From the NCBI RefSeq assembly GCF_018977255.1, contig NW_024704743.1, positions 1,550,001 through 1,614,000 of the forward strand: a stretch of 64,000 nucleotides of DNA, in the 5' to 3' direction. The number at the start of each line of letters is the position of its first letter. Position 1 is the stretch's first letter. The notes beneath the pieces were generated by a model that did no database searches, was not told the origin of the DNA, and saw nothing but the letters and a program-made list of their open reading frames with translations. Of this stretch, positions 61,906 through 64,000 are shown in pieces. This stretch comes from Callorhinchus milii (taxonomy: Eukaryota). The position numbers were made by a program, and so were the translations under genes.

Positions 61906-64000
61906 TGATAAATTGCCTGCCATGTTCGCCCACAAAATACACATTAGTCACAGTATATCCTGTGAAGCAATTTGAGACATCTAGACAATGCGACAATGTG
62001 CTATTCCAAACAGAAGGGTTATTGTTTACAATATCCCGGGCACCTTACAACTCATCCACCAATCTCATCTCAACAAAATGATATCGTTTCCATGGGATTT
62101 GTACCATTATCCAGAATTGAGTTACAATGTGTGGGAATTGATGTACCAGGCATTCTCAGTCCCTATGAAATGGGAAGCATCTATATTTTCAGACAATTTT
62201 TGTCCTATGAATGTGCACAATAATAGGAAATCCTGTAACACAATGAATCTAACCCAAGGTTAATAGCAGCATTGCATCCCATTTCCACAACCACTGACCC
62301 GTGGACTTTGAGATCTTCACCTACCGTGTAGTTGGACTCGCTCGCACATAAGATAAATTACTATTAACAGATAGAAAAAGCTCACGAGCAAGCTGAAATT
62401 ATTGTGGAATTAATAATCCTTGCACTTGAAACAGCGCCTTATCATGTTGTCGAAACAAGAAATTACATTTGTATAGCGCCTTTCACATCTCAAAGTGCTT
62501 TGCAGGATTTACTGTAAAGTGCGGTGACTGTGTCTAATGCAGCAGCCACTTTGCACACAGCAATGTCCCATAAACAGCCATGGAGTGAATGAACAATTTT
62601 ATTTGGGGGGGGATTCTCCAATCGTACCATGGGATCTTTAATCTCTACCTGAACAGGAAGACAGGAGACAGGACCTCAGTTTAATGTCTCATCTGAAGTA
62701 CGGCACTTCTGACAAATCCCCCAGCATTGCAGTTGTCAGACCTTGAGCTCAAAGTCCTAAAGTGGGGCTTGAACCCACAAGCTTCTGAGTCAGAGAAGGG
62801 AGGGAGCCTGGTAAGTTGGTAGCAATAATAATCGTTAATAATAACGACTGTATTTCATATAGCAGCCAGAATAGGCTGCCGTGTTTCACCCACAAAATAC
62901 AGTTAATTTGCTTCAGTATAGTCTGTGAAGGCGCTATACAAATGTAATTTGCTGTTGCCGTGTGCAAATTAACCAAAAGGGTCATCATGAGACCCAAAGA
63001 GGAGCAAATAATGTACCATTGAAAAGCCATCAATAATTAACGAATGGAAGGGTTAGGAATACCGCAATTTTACAAAGAGTGATATAGCGTGGAAACAGGC
63101 TATTCAGCCCAACATGTTGTGATGTTCCTTCGACAACTTCAGAGTAAAATAATTTCTTCAGCAGTGCCTATCTAATCCAGTGTCTCTGCAGCCTGATGTT
63201 AGGAAGTAGATTTCACACTTTGTGAAACCTGGGAAGTAATGTCATCCTTTACCTCCTAACATCAAATATTTTCAAAAAATTAAGATCCAGGATGTCAACC
63301 CTCATCATAAATAACCCATCAAAATTGTTACTGCGTAGAACCATAGTAATATACTGCAAGGCTGGAGGCTATTCAGACGATCTTGTCTGTGCCCGGTTCC
63401 CTCAAGAGCAATCCGTTCAGTCCCTCTTACCTGCTCTTTCCCCACATACCCCAGTAGCTGACTCTTCTTCAGGTAACTATCCTGTCCCTCTTTAAGGTCA
63501 ATATGGATTTTACCTGAATTGCCATTAAACCATCTTAACATCTCATCCAAAGGCTGGCACCTCGGACAAGCCAGTGCTTCCCCCACCCCCTGCACTGCAG
63601 TATCAGGTTGTACTATGCAAATTCCAAGTCTCAATGTGGGGCTTGAACCCACAACCTTCTGCTCTCAACTGTGAACACCTTAAGTTAAATGCTCGGTGCT
63701 GTTGTCAGACCTGCAATGGATTGTTTTGTGTAAAGTGGTCCTTTAGAAAATTGTCCAAGCATCCCACTGTTTGCAAAGAGGGTACCAACTCAACATGTTT
63801 ATCATACCATTTGTACTCTGGTATTTTAAGCCTCGACATTTTTCCCACACTCCTCTCACATATTGAACATTTTTTTTCAGATCATTGCTTTGATTTGGGG
63901 GGGGCTTGAATACCTTGCCCGGAAAATACCATCTCAGATGCTTTGTTTATAGATGTCTTGATCCCCAACTGTGCATTGTCAGATCGTCTAGTCTAAGCGC

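Overview
Repeat-rich vertebrate genomic DNA with one 30-N gap (33928-33957). The repeats (Deu-domain SINEs, tRNA-headed SINEs with L2-type tails, L2 and shark-type CR1 LINEs) suggest a cartilaginous fish, possibly a holocephalan; this is an inference. Two protein-coding genes can be read by hand. (1) A complete 13-exon class B GPCR gene, GHRHR, on + (22061-31571). All splice sites are canonical, but exon 7 is one base short, which shifts the frame. (2) The last five coding exons of the deubiquitinase MINDY4/FAM188B on - (54738-43893). The main structure is a near-identical inverted copy of the GHRHR 3' half: 15110-21413 mirrors 29759-33927. The left copy alone carries a young 5'-truncated L2 with an uninterrupted ORF2. 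The simplest reading is two unmerged haplotypes with one contig placed in the wrong orientation. If the duplication is real, it could encode a 97-aa two-TM mini-receptor head-to-head with GHRHR. Other points: no AQP1 at its usual place between MINDY4 and GHRHR, an unclassified ~550-bp repeat in about 10 copies, a SINE subfamily carrying the young L2's tail, and several weak orphan exon chains. Most ORF-track entries are microsatellite or repeat artefacts.
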